A stretch of 64,000 nt of DNA, from positions 1,795-65,794 of the forward strand of contig CANSRH010000008.1 in assembly GCA_947649365.1 (NCBI GenBank), given 5' to 3'. Shown here in pieces: positions 35,103 through 45,188 of the stretch; positions within the stretch are counted from its first letter, which is position 1, and the number at the start of each line of letters is the position of its first letter. The position numbers were made by a program, and so were the translations under genes. The stretch is from an uncultured Mycoplasmatota bacterium. GTDB taxonomy: Bacteria; Bacillota_I; Bacilli_A; RF39; UBA660. The notes below the pieces were generated by a model. It did not search any database. It was given only the letters and a program-made list of their open reading frames with translations, and was not told the origin of the DNA.

Positions 35103-35486
35103 TTGATGAATGAAGATCGTATGAGATGTATTACTTCCACGACTACTTCTTTAACTCAATTACGAGATTTGGAACGTTTTTTGAAGCAAAATGTGATGGA
35201 TATGCAACTTCAAGAGATAAAAAAATCGTTTGATGAAGAAAAAATTAGCCAGTTTCGAGAGGAGTATCCATTTTTACTGCCTTTTTTAGAGGAAATGAAA
35301 CGAATGAGTTTAAGAAAAAGTAAAATTCTTTTTCAAAAAAGACGAAAACGAATACAAAATTTGGAAAAGGTTTTAGTTATTGAAATTTTTTTGTTGGTGG
35401 GAGCTCTTTTTTTGAATTTTGAAATGGATGTGAAAAAACTTTTAGATCCTCAAGAGATTCAAATCGAAGAGGAGTTTAAAAGATAA
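35103..35486 (+). CDS. hypothetical protein with C-terminal TM (127 aa)
   Basis: ORF only. Confidence 0.35.
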   Translation: MMNEDRMRCITSTTTSLTQLRDLERFLKQNVMDMQLQEIKKSFDEEKISQFREEYPFLLPFLEEMKRMSLRKSKILFQKRRKRIQNLEKVLVIEIFLLVGALFLNFEMDVKKLLDPQEIQIEEEFKR

Positions 35487-35487
35487 T

Positions 35488-35516
35488 TTGTTGACATCAA
35501 TTTGGGAATTGTATAT
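35488..35516 (+). promoter_or_regulatory. sigma-A promoter: -35 TTGACA (35488-35493), 17-nt spacer, -10 TATACT (35511-35516)
   Basis: Consensus -35 read directly. Drives the T-box leader. Confidence 0.55.
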
Positions 35517-35519
35517 ACT

Positions 35520-35735
35520 AAGAGTGAAAGACAGGGAACAAGAGAGTAAGTTGAAACTTATTGATAGAGAGTTCATGGTTGGTGGAAATGAATGATTGGT
35601 TTTTTCTGAAAATCACTTGGGAGTTGAAAGTCTGAAAAAAGTAAGATTTTCCGCAGGATTGCGTTATCAAAAATAAGTAAAAATGAAGGTGGTACCACGC
35701 ATTTTGCGTCCTTTTGGTAGCCACTTTTTTTGTTT
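35520..35735 (+). promoter_or_regulatory. T-box riboswitch leader (specifier AUC = Ile) with terminator/antiterminator
   Basis: AGAGA K-turn region. Candidate specifier AUC-A at 35612-35615. T-box sequence AATGAAGGTGGTACCACG at 35682-35699. Terminator hairpin plus T7 at 35724-35731. Confidence 0.7.
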
Positions 35736-35750
35736 TAGGAGGATATTTGT

Positions 35751-38700
35751 ATGAAAGATTTTAAGGAATTAGACAAACGAGCTGCAAGTGAAGTGGAACA
35801 AGATATTCTATCTTCTTGGGGCGGGATGATGTCTATTTTAAAGCGACAGAATGAATGGAGAAAAGATGCTCGCAATTTCGTGTTTTATGATGGCCCTGCA
35901 ACCGCCAATGGTTTTCCAGGACTTCATCATATGCTTGCTAAGTTTTTAAAGGATTCGTTTTGTAAGTATCATGTTATGAAAGGGGAACGTGTCATTCGTA
36001 AAGTGGGATGGGATACCCATGGACTTCCAGTAGAGCTTGGTGTAGAAAAAGAGTTAGGTTTTACAGGGAAAGGCGATATCGAAACGTATGGGATTGAAGC
36101 ATTTAATAAAAAGTGCAAAGAATCGGTTTGGAAAAATAAGGAAGCATTTACGGATTTAACAGAAAAGATGGGACAATTTATTGATATTCAAAATCCTTAT
36201 GTTACGTATGATAATGATTACATTGAAACAGAATGGTATATTTTAAAAGAATTTTTTAAACAAGGATTGTTTTATGAAGGACATAAAATTTTACCTTATT
36301 GTCCTCGTTGTGGAACTGGTCTTGCTAGTCATGAGGTTGCACAGGGTTATAAAGAAATTTCTGTTGATACCGTTATTGTTCCGATGAAGAAAAAGGGAGA
36401 AGATGTTTATTTTTTGGTATGGACTACCACTCCTTGGACTCTTATTTCTAATGTGGCTTTGTGTGTGAATCCAGAATTTACTTATGTAAAAGTGAAGAGT
36501 GGAGACTATCAATTTATTTTAGCTGAGAGTTTGGTTTCAAAGGTTTTAGGGGACGATGTAGAAGTATTGGAAACCTATAAGGGAAAAGATTTAGAATATA
36601 TGGAGTACGAACAATTGATTCCGGAATTGTCTGTTTCCAAAAAAGCTTTTTTTGTTACTTGTGATTCTTATGTAACGGCTTCTGATGGAACAGGAATTGT
36701 TCATATCGCTCCTGCTTTTGGAGAAGATGACGCGAGTGTGGGACGTAAATACGATTTGCCTTTCTTAAACCCAGTTGGAGAAGATGGACATTATACAGAA
36801 GGTCCTTGGAAGGGCATGCTTATTTTTGATGCGGACCTAGAAGTAATTAAGTATTTGAAAGAACAGGATAAATTGTTTAAAAAACAAAAAATGATTCATA
36901 ACTATCCTCATTGCTGGAGATGCGATTCCCCACTTGTTTATTATTCAAAACCTTCTTATTATTTAAAAGTGACAGAAATAAAGGATAAAATTATTGAAGC
37001 TAATAAAAAGGTAAATTGGTTTCCTAATTATGTTGGAGAAAAGCGTTTTGGAAATTGGCTTTTGAATATGAATGATTGGGCTATTTCTAGAAGTCGATAT
37101 TGGGGTACACCTTTGCCTTATTGGATTTGTTCTTGTGGCCATGATGAGATGATTGGTTCTAGAAAAGAACTGGTAGAGCGTGCGATCGAGAAAATTGATG
37201 AAAGTATTGATTTGCATCGACCTTTTGTGGATGAAGTGCATCTTACTTGTCCAGAATGTGGCGGTGTGATGAGTCGGTGCAAAGATGTAATTGATTGTTG
37301 GTTTGATTCAGGTTCGATGCCTTTTGCTCAATACCATTATCCCTTTGAGAATGAAGAACTTTTTGAAAGCCAATTTCCAGCTGATTTTATCTGTGAGGGA
37401 ATTGACCAAACAAGAGGTTGGTTTTATACTTTGCTTATTATTTCAGTATTTTTAAAAGGAGTGGCTCCTTACAAAAATGTTTTGGTGAATGATTTGATTC
37501 AGGATGCAGAAGGAAAGAAAATGAGTAAGTCCAAAGGCAATATTGTAGAACCATTTACTACAATGAAAGAGTATGGCGCTGATGTAGTTCGTTTTTATCT
37601 TCCTTATGTCTCTCCTGTGTGGACTCCGTTACGTTTTGATATGAATGGTTTAAAAGAGGTGCATTCGAAATTTTTTAATCCTCTTAAGAATACGTATACT
37701 TTCTTTCAAATGTATGCGAATACAGATAAAATAGATATTTCGGATTGCGATGTTCCTTATGAGAAACGAGAAGAAATTGATAAATGGTTGTTATCTAAAT
37801 ACAACAAGTTATTAGAGTTCGTTACATCGTCTTATGAAGAATACGATTTAAATAAAGTGGTTCGTGCTGTAACAGAGTTTGTTAGTGAAGATTTATCGAA
37901 CTGGTACATTAGACGTAATCGTAAACGTTTTTGGTCTTCTGTTTTCGATGATTCTAAAAAAGCTGTTTATAAGACAACGTACGAAGTTTTGGAAGGATTG
38001 TGTCGTATGATGGCTCCAATTATTCCATTCACAACTGAAGAAATCTATACGAAATTAACAGGAAAAGAATCGGTTCATTTAAGTGATTTTCCAAAAGTGA
38101 ATGCATCTTTCATTCATGAAGAAATTGAAGAACGTATGGATTTGGTAAGAGATTTAATTCGAATTGGACGTTTTGTTCGAGAAGAGGCAAAAATTAAGGT
38201 AAGACAACCACTTAGTGAAGCACTTATTGATGGGACAAATAGAGAATTAATTCAAGATTTGCTTCCTTTAATTGAAGAAGAGTTAAATGTAAAACAAGTT
38301 GTGTTTGTGGATGATCTTTCTTCTTATATGAATTTTACTTTGAAGCCTAATTTTAAAGTTGTTGGAAAGTTGTTTGGTTCAAAAGTAAAAGAATTCCAAA
38401 CAAAATTGGAAACGTTAATTGAAGAAGACATTACAAAATTAAATAACGATGAAACTATAAAGATGGATTTAAGTGGAGAAGCGCATGAAATTACCAAAGA
38501 GTGTGTGGATATTCGTATAGAATCCAAAGAAGGTTTCAATGTGGGAATGGAAAATAATCATTTTATTATTTTAAATACAGAACTTACAGAAGAATTGATT
38601 CTTGAGGGAATTGCTCGTGAATTTGTGTCAAAGGTACAAAATCTACGTAAGACCAAGGATTATAATGTAGTGGATCGCATTCGTATTTCTGTTTCAGGTG

Positions 38701-38852
38701 ATGAAGCATTTAAAAAATCTTTGGAATTGTTTGCTTCCTATATTAAGGAAGAAACTCTTGCGCTACAAATCGAAGAGATGGGGAATTTAAAAGAGTCTTA
38801 TGATTTGAATGGACATGAGGTATTTATAGAAATTGAAAAAGTGACTCAGTAA
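35751..38852 (+). CDS. ileS: isoleucyl-tRNA synthetase, type 2 (eukaryote/archaeal-like, about 1030 aa)
   Basis: FVFYDGPATANGFPGLHHML (HIGH-class motif), GWDTHGLP, KMSKSKGN. Length and N-terminus fit type-2 IleRS rather than ValS. Confidence 0.75.
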   Translation: MKDFKELDKRAASEVEQDILSSWGGMMSILKRQNEWRKDARNFVFYDGPATANGFPGLHHMLAKFLKDSFCKYHVMKGERVIRKVGWDTHGLPVELGVEKELGFTGKGDIETYGIEAFNKKCKESVWKNKEAFTDLTEKMGQFIDIQNPYVTYDNDYIETEWYILKEFFKQGLFYEGHKILPYCPRCGTGLASHEVAQGYKEISVDTVIVPMKKKGEDVYFLVWTTTPWTLISNVALCVNPEFTYVKVKSGDYQFILAESLVSKVLGDDVEVLETYKGKDLEYMEYEQLIPELSVSKKAFFVTCDSYVTASDGTGIVHIAPAFGEDDASVGRKYDLPFLNPVGEDGHYTEGPWKGMLIFDADLEVIKYLKEQDKLFKKQKMIHNYPHCWRCDSPLVYYSKPSYYLKVTEIKDKIIEANKKVNWFPNYVGEKRFGNWLLNMNDWAISRSRYWGTPLPYWICSCGHDEMIGSRKELVERAIEKIDESIDLHRPFVDEVHLTCPECGGVMSRCKDVIDCWFDSGSMPFAQYHYPFENEELFESQFPADFICEGIDQTRGWFYTLLIISVFLKGVAPYKNVLVNDLIQDAEGKKMSKSKGNIVEPFTTMKEYGADVVRFYLPYVSPVWTPLRFDMNGLKEVHSKFFNPLKNTYTFFQMYANTDKIDISDCDVPYEKREEIDKWLLSKYNKLLEFVTSSYEEYDLNKVVRAVTEFVSEDLSNWYIRRNRKRFWSSVFDDSKKAVYKTTYEVLEGLCRMMAPIIPFTTEEIYTKLTGKESVHLSDFPKVNASFIHEEIEERMDLVRDLIRIGRFVREEAKIKVRQPLSEALIDGTNRELIQDLLPLIEEELNVKQVVFVDDLSSYMNFTLKPNFKVVGKLFGSKVKEFQTKLETLIEEDITKLNNDETIKMDLSGEAHEITKECVDIRIESKEGFNVGMENNHFIILNTELTEELILEGIAREFVSKVQNLRKTKDYNVVDRIRISVSGDEAFKKSLELFASYIKEETLALQIEEMGNLKESYDLNGHEVFIEIEKVTQ

Positions 38853-38880
38853 ATTGATTTAAGTAATAAAGATTAAAAAA

Positions 38881-38910
38881 ATTAGGTGAAAAAATGCACC
38901 TAATTTTTTT
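38881..38910. terminator. bidirectional rho-independent terminator (ATTAGGTG-loop-CACCTAAT flanked by A- and T-runs)
   Basis: 8-bp perfect stem between convergent ileS and GNAT genes, with A-run upstream and T-run downstream. Confidence 0.6.
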
Positions 38911-38935
38911 AGTTGAAATGAATTTTTTTGAGTTG

Positions 38936-39460
38936 TCAAAGTGATGCTTTTAAACTTCTTTCTCGTGTAAGTTTTATTTCTTTATATTGTTCCATTTTAT
39001 ATATGGAGAAAAATTCTCCACCTTCTTCCAACATTATTTCATCTAGGCTATAATCTTGCTGCCAGCCTAATTTTTCTATAACGCGCAAGGAGGATGTATT
39101 GTTAGGATTAATGTTGATATAGAAGTTTTCACAATCTGGACAAAAACTATTTATTGTTTCTGTTAATTTATTCAGTGCAATTCCTGCAATGTTGTTGCCA
39201 CGATAGGTTGGTAATATATAATAATCAATTGATTTTCCTTTTATAAAGTTTTGTAACCTTATTAATCCTACTAAAACATTATTTATAAAAATTCCAATTA
39301 AACTTTTGGTGTAAGAAGTAAAATCTACGTAATTTTCTATATTCCTGCCATGTTTTTTTTCTTCTTTGGTTTTATTGTATTCTTCTATAATCGTACTTTG
39401 TATAGTGCTATATTCCTTTTCTGTAAGTGATTTTAATTTCATATTTTCTTCAGTTTTCAT
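38936..39460 (-). CDS. GNAT family N-acetyltransferase
   Basis: Acetyl-CoA binding motif region YRGNNIAGIALNKL and the following NPNNTSSLRVIEKLGW. Confidence 0.6.
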   Translation of the reverse strand: MKTEENMKLKSLTEKEYSTIQSTIIEEYNKTKEEKKHGRNIENYVDFTSYTKSLIGIFINNVLVGLIRLQNFIKGKSIDYYILPTYRGNNIAGIALNKLTETINSFCPDCENFYININPNNTSSLRVIEKLGWQQDYSLDEIMLEEGGEFFSIYKMEQYKEIKLTRERSLKASL

Positions 39461-39619
39461 TTATTGTTTTCCTCTCTAGTTATTTTTAGAATGTTCTTGA
39501 GATAATATTTTAATTGAAGAAGTGTCATTGTGACAATGAAAAATACATTTACTTTACATTATAAAATGATTCATGAAATATCTACTCAAATAATATGTTT
39601 TTATAAAAGGAGTATTTTC

Positions 39620-41140
39620 ATGAAGAATTATAAGTTGTCTACTATGGTTTTTGCTTATGATTCATTTTATAATGAACTTTCAGAAATTTTGTATCATCCG
39701 AATAATAAGTTTTGTGTGACGCATCATCTGCCAATTGGTAAAAGTACCTGTGGCTTTCCTTTGGAACATTATTCCATTGGTTGGGGAGAGAACCATATTT
39801 GTTATATGGCTGGAGCACATGGTAACGAGATTATAGGTGTGTCTTTTGTTTTGCAGATGATGAAAAATTTGGCTTTGGGTAGGGGAGAATTTGCAAATTT
39901 TCGTCCTGATTTGTTTACGATTCATTTTTTGCCTTGTCAAAATCCAGAAGGATATTTTACAACAACCTATGCTTTGCAATCTGTTATGAAAGATATGTCT
40001 ATTTTAGAAAGAAAGCAATTTTGTTATGATTATTATTCTATTTATCGAGAAGAGAATAAGGAGATACAAACCATTAATGAAATTTTGCAGATTTGTTGTG
40101 GATGCAAAGAAGAGGTTGCTTTGAAAGAAACGATTCGCTCTTTTTGGGATTTTTCTTACCGAAAGGAAATAGATGCCGAAGAGATTCTTTCTTTTTTAGA
40201 AAACCAATGTTCTATAGAAAGAGATGCTGTTTTAAAGATTGTAGAACGTCTTTGGGTCAAGCATTTTGGGCATAGAAAAATCAATACTTTTCAAAAAAAA
40301 TATCAAACCCCTTTTTGGAATTTGACTTTTGATTGTATTCCTGAAATAGATGAAAAACATAAAATGTTAAAAAAGAAATTGCAGAAACTTTATAGTAATA
40401 AAGCGTTTCCAATGTGTACTCTTGCTAACTTTCTTGCTAATGCAGATGGAGTGAATTTGAATGACAACAACCCTTATTATTTTAAGATTTTGAAAGAACA
40501 AAGAAAGAAGAAGGGCATTTTGTGTGCGAATCCTATGTATAATTATCCAAAGAGTATACCGGGACCGATAGGAACTGCCAGTGTTTCTTTTTCAAAATTT
40601 TGTTATGCGCCAGAGAATAAGGCTTTGCTTTCTTTTTTAGAATGTTTGGGAGATTCGTCTTATGCTTTTTTTCATTTGCATGGGACGGGAGGACAATTGT
40701 ATGTTGAGCCTTTTTATGAAGAAAACGCACAAAAACCAAGAGATTTTTCTTTTTATATTAATAATCGAATTGCTACAGAATATTTAAAAGGTATTAAAGA
40801 AATTTATGTAGAAAAAACTTCTAAAAACGAAGAGTATTTTACGATGCCTTATCCAAATAGAATCACAGGATTTGCAGATATGTTACGTTCTAAATATCCA
40901 GGACAATTTTTAGTAGAATTATCTAAAGCTGGTGGAAATCCTATAGGACCTTTTATTGAACCTAATTATACACTTACTATGGAAGCCAATTTTAAGGCTT
41001 TTATGAAAATTTTGGACGTAATTTTAGAAGTAAAGCATTTGTATGGAGAATCGTATGTGTTACAATACAATAAAAGAGGAGAAGTTGTCTATGAAATCCA
41101 ATCTCGCAGACGGATGCGTAAAAAAGATAGTTGCGAATAG
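39620..41140 (+). CDS. M14-family zinc carboxypeptidase-like protein
   Basis: ATG at 39620 after AAAGGAG. HGNE (HxxE zinc ligands) in AGAHGNEIIG and a downstream FHLHG-type second His. Confidence 0.55.
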   Translation: MKNYKLSTMVFAYDSFYNELSEILYHPNNKFCVTHHLPIGKSTCGFPLEHYSIGWGENHICYMAGAHGNEIIGVSFVLQMMKNLALGRGEFANFRPDLFTIHFLPCQNPEGYFTTTYALQSVMKDMSILERKQFCYDYYSIYREENKEIQTINEILQICCGCKEEVALKETIRSFWDFSYRKEIDAEEILSFLENQCSIERDAVLKIVERLWVKHFGHRKINTFQKKYQTPFWNLTFDCIPEIDEKHKMLKKKLQKLYSNKAFPMCTLANFLANADGVNLNDNNPYYFKILKEQRKKKGILCANPMYNYPKSIPGPIGTASVSFSKFCYAPENKALLSFLECLGDSSYAFFHLHGTGGQLYVEPFYEENAQKPRDFSFYINNRIATEYLKGIKEIYVEKTSKNEEYFTMPYPNRITGFADMLRSKYPGQFLVELSKAGGNPIGPFIEPNYTLTMEANFKAFMKILDVILEVKHLYGESYVLQYNKRGEVVYEIQSRRRMRKKDSCE

Positions 41141-41669
41141 TAGAGAAAAAACGTTATCTTTGTTTGAAAATGGTTCTTTGGTGAGTGTTTTTCATGAGAT
41201 TTGTTTTGGCAAAAATGGTGTAAAAAAGGAAAAAATAGAGGGCGATTTTTGTACTCCGGAAGGAGTGTTTTCTTTAGGATTTGCGTTTGGAACCAATGAT
41301 GTAGATTTTGTTTATCCTTATTATCTTATCCATGAAAATGTGTATTGGGTGAGTGATGCTAATTCAAAATATTATAATGAATGGGTGGAAGTAACTGAGG
41401 AAAAGAAATATTTTGCTTTTTCTTATATGAATCCTTCTTCAAGTATCGATTGGGAAGAGGCGGAGCATTTAATTGATTATAAGAAACAATATGAGCTAGC
41501 TATCGTTATTGAATACAATATGGAAAAAGAAAAGGGAAAAGGAAGTGCTATTTTTTTGCATGTAAAGAATAAAGAATATACGAGTGGGTGTATTGCGACG
41601 ACGAGAGAAAATATGGAGTTTATTATTCGTTGGTTGGGATGCGATAAGGGGAAAATAGAAATAAAATAA
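41091..41669 (+). CDS. L,D-transpeptidase catalytic domain (YkuD/ErfK) protein
   Basis: Catalytic motif SAIFLHV...YTSGCIATT (H-x(n)-S-x-G-C-I). ATG at 41091 after GAGGAG. Overlaps the 3' end of the M14 gene by 50 nt. Confidence 0.65.
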   Translation: MKSNLADGCVKKIVANSREKTLSLFENGSLVSVFHEICFGKNGVKKEKIEGDFCTPEGVFSLGFAFGTNDVDFVYPYYLIHENVYWVSDANSKYYNEWVEVTEEKKYFAFSYMNPSSSIDWEEAEHLIDYKKQYELAIVIEYNMEKEKGKGSAIFLHVKNKEYTSGCIATTRENMEFIIRWLGCDKGKIEIK

Positions 41670-41681
41670 AAAAACAAGAAA

Positions 41682-42170
41682 TTACTTGTTTTCGATTGAT
41701 GTTGGAACTTTTGTGACTAATTTTCGGCTTGTTGGTTCTTCATTATTGATTGCGTCTATTAAATTAGAAACATAGTCCCCTGAACAATTCTTTAATTCTT
41801 GAATTAAAGCTAAATGAACAGGTTTTCCTTCAAATAGAACATCTTTCCCATAGTATTCTTCATATCTTTTAATGAAATCTAAAGATACTTCTTGAAAGCC
41901 TTGGTTTGTCGTATATCTTTGTTTCGCATCATAGTAATTCTCATTGAATTTTATAACAAAATGATTTTCTGTCTCATTACTACAAATTTGAACTTTTGGA
42001 ATAAAGTATTGTAAAACTTTAGCTAATTCTAAACTGCCTTTACTAAAAAAATAGTCACTCATAGTTACTTTTCTAATATGTACAGCCTCAACACAATAAT
42101 CAAACTCATCATATGCTAATTCAATAATAAAATCAATAAATGTTTGCATATTGTCTTTTTGTTCATTCAT
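41682..42170 (-). CDS. hypothetical protein (162 aa)
   Basis: Start at the MNEQKD... codon (complement 42170), preceded by a GGAAGGAAG RBS. No domain recognised. Confidence 0.45.
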   Translation of the reverse strand: MNEQKDNMQTFIDFIIELAYDEFDYCVEAVHIRKVTMSDYFFSKGSLELAKVLQYFIPKVQICSNETENHFVIKFNENYYDAKQRYTTNQGFQEVSLDFIKRYEEYYGKDVLFEGKPVHLALIQELKNCSGDYVSNLIDAINNEEPTSRKLVTKVPTSIENK

Positions 42171-42304
42171 GTTAAACTTCCTTCCTTTCTTGTGCTCTCT
42201 ATTATAACAATTCATAAAAATATTAAAATCTTTTTTTTCGTCAGATTACATTTACTTTACATTTGCTTTTGTGATAAGATAAATGTGTTTAGGAGGTTAT
42301 GAAA

Positions 42305-43699
42305 ATGAATGCATTGTCCGTTAAGAAAATAGTAGAAATTGTAGGGGGGAAACTTTATTGTGGTAGTGAAGAGGTCCTTTGTACGACTTTTACAAAAGAT
42401 ACGCGAACTATAAAGGCAGGAGATACTTACATAGGGATTAAGGGAGAAAAGTTTGATGGAAATCTGTTTTATAAGGATGCGTTTTCTAAAGGAGCTGTGT
42501 GTGCTATTTTGGAACAATCCTCTTTTGTAAAAGATACGTCGTATACGTATGAACAACCAATTGTTTTGGTAGAAAATTCTATTTTTGCTTTAAAAAAATT
42601 AGGGGAGTATAAAAGAGAAAATTCTGTTGCACATTTTGTGGGAGTAACTGGAAGTGTTGGTAAGACAAGTACAAGAGATATGATTTATAGTGTTTTAAAA
42701 GAAGAGTTTCAAACACTTAAAACAGAAGGAAATTATAATAATAATATAGGGTTACCTTTAACACTTCTGCGTATTCAGGAGGAAGAAGCTGTTGTTTTAG
42801 AGATGGGAATGAATGCTTTAGGGGAGATTGACTATTTATCACAAATTGCTCGTCCTCATATTAGTGTGATTACCAATGTGGGTACAGCTCATATTGGAGA
42901 ACTTGGTTCGAGAGAAAATATTTTAAAGGCGAAACTTGAAATTTGTAATGGAATGGATGATGATGGTGTTCTTGTTATTAATAATGACAATGATTTATTG
43001 CATGATTACTATTTGCAACATGATAAATCTATTGTGACAGTTGGTATAGAGAATCCGAGTGATTATATGGCTACTTCAATTTTAACTTTTTCTGATTCTT
43101 CAAAATTTGTGATTCAACACGAAAAGGAAGAATGGGAAGTGGTTTGTCCTGTTCCAGGACGTGCTTTTGTCTATAATAGTTTGGTTGCTTTTGCCGTAGG
43201 AAGAGAACTTGGTATTTCTCCTGAGAAGATAATCAAGGGAATTGAAAACTTTACTTTGACAAAAAATCGTTTGGAAGCGTTTAAAATTAAGAACGATATT
43301 ACAATTATTAATGATGTTTATAATGCCAGTGTGGATTCTATGAAATCCAGTTTAGAAATAACAAAAAATAAAGAAGGAGGTAGGAAGATAGCGGTTTTAG
43401 GAGATATGCTAGAACTGGGTAGCTTTTCTAAATCTTTGCATGAAGAGGTTGGGCGTGCTGTTTATGAAAATAAAATGGATTTATTGGTGACTGTTGGAAA
43501 CGATGCAAAATCCATTGCTTCTTCTGCGATTCGTTTTGGAATGCCAAAAAAACAAGTTTTTGTTTTTTCTACCAATCAAGAAGCTATTTCTTTTCTAAAG
43601 GAAAATAAAAAACAGGGTGATGTTATTTTGTTAAAGGCTTCTAATGGAATGCATTTTATGGAAATAGTGAATGCTTTAAGGGAGGAAAATGAAACATAA
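42305..43699 (+). CDS. murF: UDP-N-acetylmuramoyl-tripeptide--D-alanyl-D-alanine ligase
   Basis: Mur ligase motifs (VGVTGSVGKTST, ITNVGTAHIGELGS). Domain order typical of MurF. Confidence 0.8.
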   Translation: MNALSVKKIVEIVGGKLYCGSEEVLCTTFTKDTRTIKAGDTYIGIKGEKFDGNLFYKDAFSKGAVCAILEQSSFVKDTSYTYEQPIVLVENSIFALKKLGEYKRENSVAHFVGVTGSVGKTSTRDMIYSVLKEEFQTLKTEGNYNNNIGLPLTLLRIQEEEAVVLEMGMNALGEIDYLSQIARPHISVITNVGTAHIGELGSRENILKAKLEICNGMDDDGVLVINNDNDLLHDYYLQHDKSIVTVGIENPSDYMATSILTFSDSSKFVIQHEKEEWEVVCPVPGRAFVYNSLVAFAVGRELGISPEKIIKGIENFTLTKNRLEAFKIKNDITIINDVYNASVDSMKSSLEITKNKEGGRKIAVLGDMLELGSFSKSLHEEVGRAVYENKMDLLVTVGNDAKSIASSAIRFGMPKKQVFVFSTNQEAISFLKENKKQGDVILLKASNGMHFMEIVNALREENET

Positions 43700-43830
43700 G
43701 AGAAAAAAATCTTGTGTTTTTTTATGTCAATTTTTTTAAATTTTTCTTTCTAACTATTTACTTTTTTTTCTCTTTCGTGTAAGATAATGGTAGACAGTGG
43801 TACATTGTGGTAGAAAGTGGGGGATTTGAA

Positions 43831-44265
43831 TTGTTCATGGGCGAATATCATCATAATATTGATGACAAATCAAGACTTGTGTTGCCTTCGAAGTTTCGGA
43901 ACCTACTTGGGTCAAACTTCATTGTGACGCGTGGTTTTGAGAAGTGTTTGTATGTTTATTCTATTGCGGAATGGGAAAAACTAGAAAACCAATTAAAAAC
44001 TCTACCTTTTACAAAAAAAGATGCCCGAACAATTAATCGATTCTTCTTTTCTGGTGCTACTGAATGCGAGTTCGATTCACAAGGACGGACTTGCCTTACC
44101 TCCCCACTCGTGAGTTACGCCGGTTTATCCCGTGAATGCGTAGTAATCGGCGCTAACGATCGAATTGAAATTTGGGATGAAACTATGTGGGAGGAATTTA
44201 TGACAGACAATAATGATAAGATGTCTGACTTGGCTGAAAATTTATTTATGGATGTGAATTTTTAA
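43831..44265 (+). CDS. mraZ: transcriptional regulator MraZ
   Basis: (M)FMGEYHHNIDDKSRLVLPSKFR is the MraZ N-terminus. Probable TTG start at 43831, 6 nt after AAGTGGGGGA. An ATG alternative lies at 43837. Confidence 0.8.
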   Translation: MFMGEYHHNIDDKSRLVLPSKFRNLLGSNFIVTRGFEKCLYVYSIAEWEKLENQLKTLPFTKKDARTINRFFFSGATECEFDSQGRTCLTSPLVSYAGLSRECVVIGANDRIEIWDETMWEEFMTDNNDKMSDLAENLFMDVNF

Positions 44266-45188
44266 TGAAGCATTATAGTGTACTTTTAAAGGAAAGCATT
44301 GATGGACTTGCGGTGAAAGAAGATGGCATTTATATTGATGCAACTCTTGGATATGCAGGACATAGTAAAGAACTACTTAAATTGTTAAAAACTGGATATT
44401 TGTATGCGTTTGATGCGGATTTGGAAGCCATTCAATATTCGAAAAAAGAGTTGGAAACTTATGGAAATCGCTTTTTGATTTTTCATAGTAATTTTGTTCA
44501 TATGAAAACATGTTTGCTTGAGAAAAATATTTTAGAAGTGGATGGTATTTTGTTTGATTTGGGAGTTTCTAGCCCACAAATTGATGAAGCAGAACGAGGT
44601 TTTTCTTTTATGAAGGAAGCAAAACTTGATATGCGAATGGATAGAGAACAAGACTTTTCTGCTTATGATGTAATAAATACCTATTCTAAAGAAGATTTGT
44701 TGTCTTTGTTTTATACTTATGCGGAAGAAGCACGAAGTAAATATATCGTTTCTTCTATTCTTAAGTACCGAGAGTCAAAAAGGATTGAAACGACGACAGA
44801 ACTTGTTTCTATTATAAAACAGGCGGTTGGGGCAAACTATTTTCATTTGAAACATCCGGAACGAGAAATTTTTCAAGCAATTCGGATGGAAGTGAATCAT
44901 GAACTACGAGTGCTAGAACGAGTTTTACCAGATGCAATTTCTTTATTAAAACGTGGAGGGAGACTTTGTGTAATAACGTTTCATTCCTTAGAAGATCGTA
45001 TTGTAAAACGTATTTTTAAACGTTTAAGTGAAGTGGATCCCATGGTTCAAGGTCTTCCGGAAATTCCAGAAGAATACCGACCAAAAATAAAATTGATTAC
45101 TAAAAAGCCTATTTTGGCAAGTGAATCAGAAATTCTAGAAAATTCTAGAAGTAAGAGCGCTAAGCTACGCATTATAGAAAGGGTGTAA
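44265..45188 (+). CDS. rsmH: 16S rRNA (cytosine1402-N4)-methyltransferase
   Basis: SAM-binding motifs (YIDATLGYAGHS, FDLGVSSPQID). Confidence 0.85.
   Translation: MKHYSVLLKESIDGLAVKEDGIYIDATLGYAGHSKELLKLLKTGYLYAFDADLEAIQYSKKELETYGNRFLIFHSNFVHMKTCLLEKNILEVDGILFDLGVSSPQIDEAERGFSFMKEAKLDMRMDREQDFSAYDVINTYSKEDLLSLFYTYAEEARSKYIVSSILKYRESKRIETTTELVSIIKQAVGANYFHLKHPEREIFQAIRMEVNHELRVLERVLPDAISLLKRGGRLCVITFHSLEDRIVKRIFKRLSEVDPMVQGLPEIPEEYRPKIKLITKKPILASESEILENSRSKSAKLRIIERV

Noticed and set aside
42299-42304. First ATG (42299) as murF start
   Set aside because: Only 2 nt after AGGAGG, which is too close for initiation. The second ATG at 42305 has 8-nt spacing. This is a minor start adjustment, not a separate feature.
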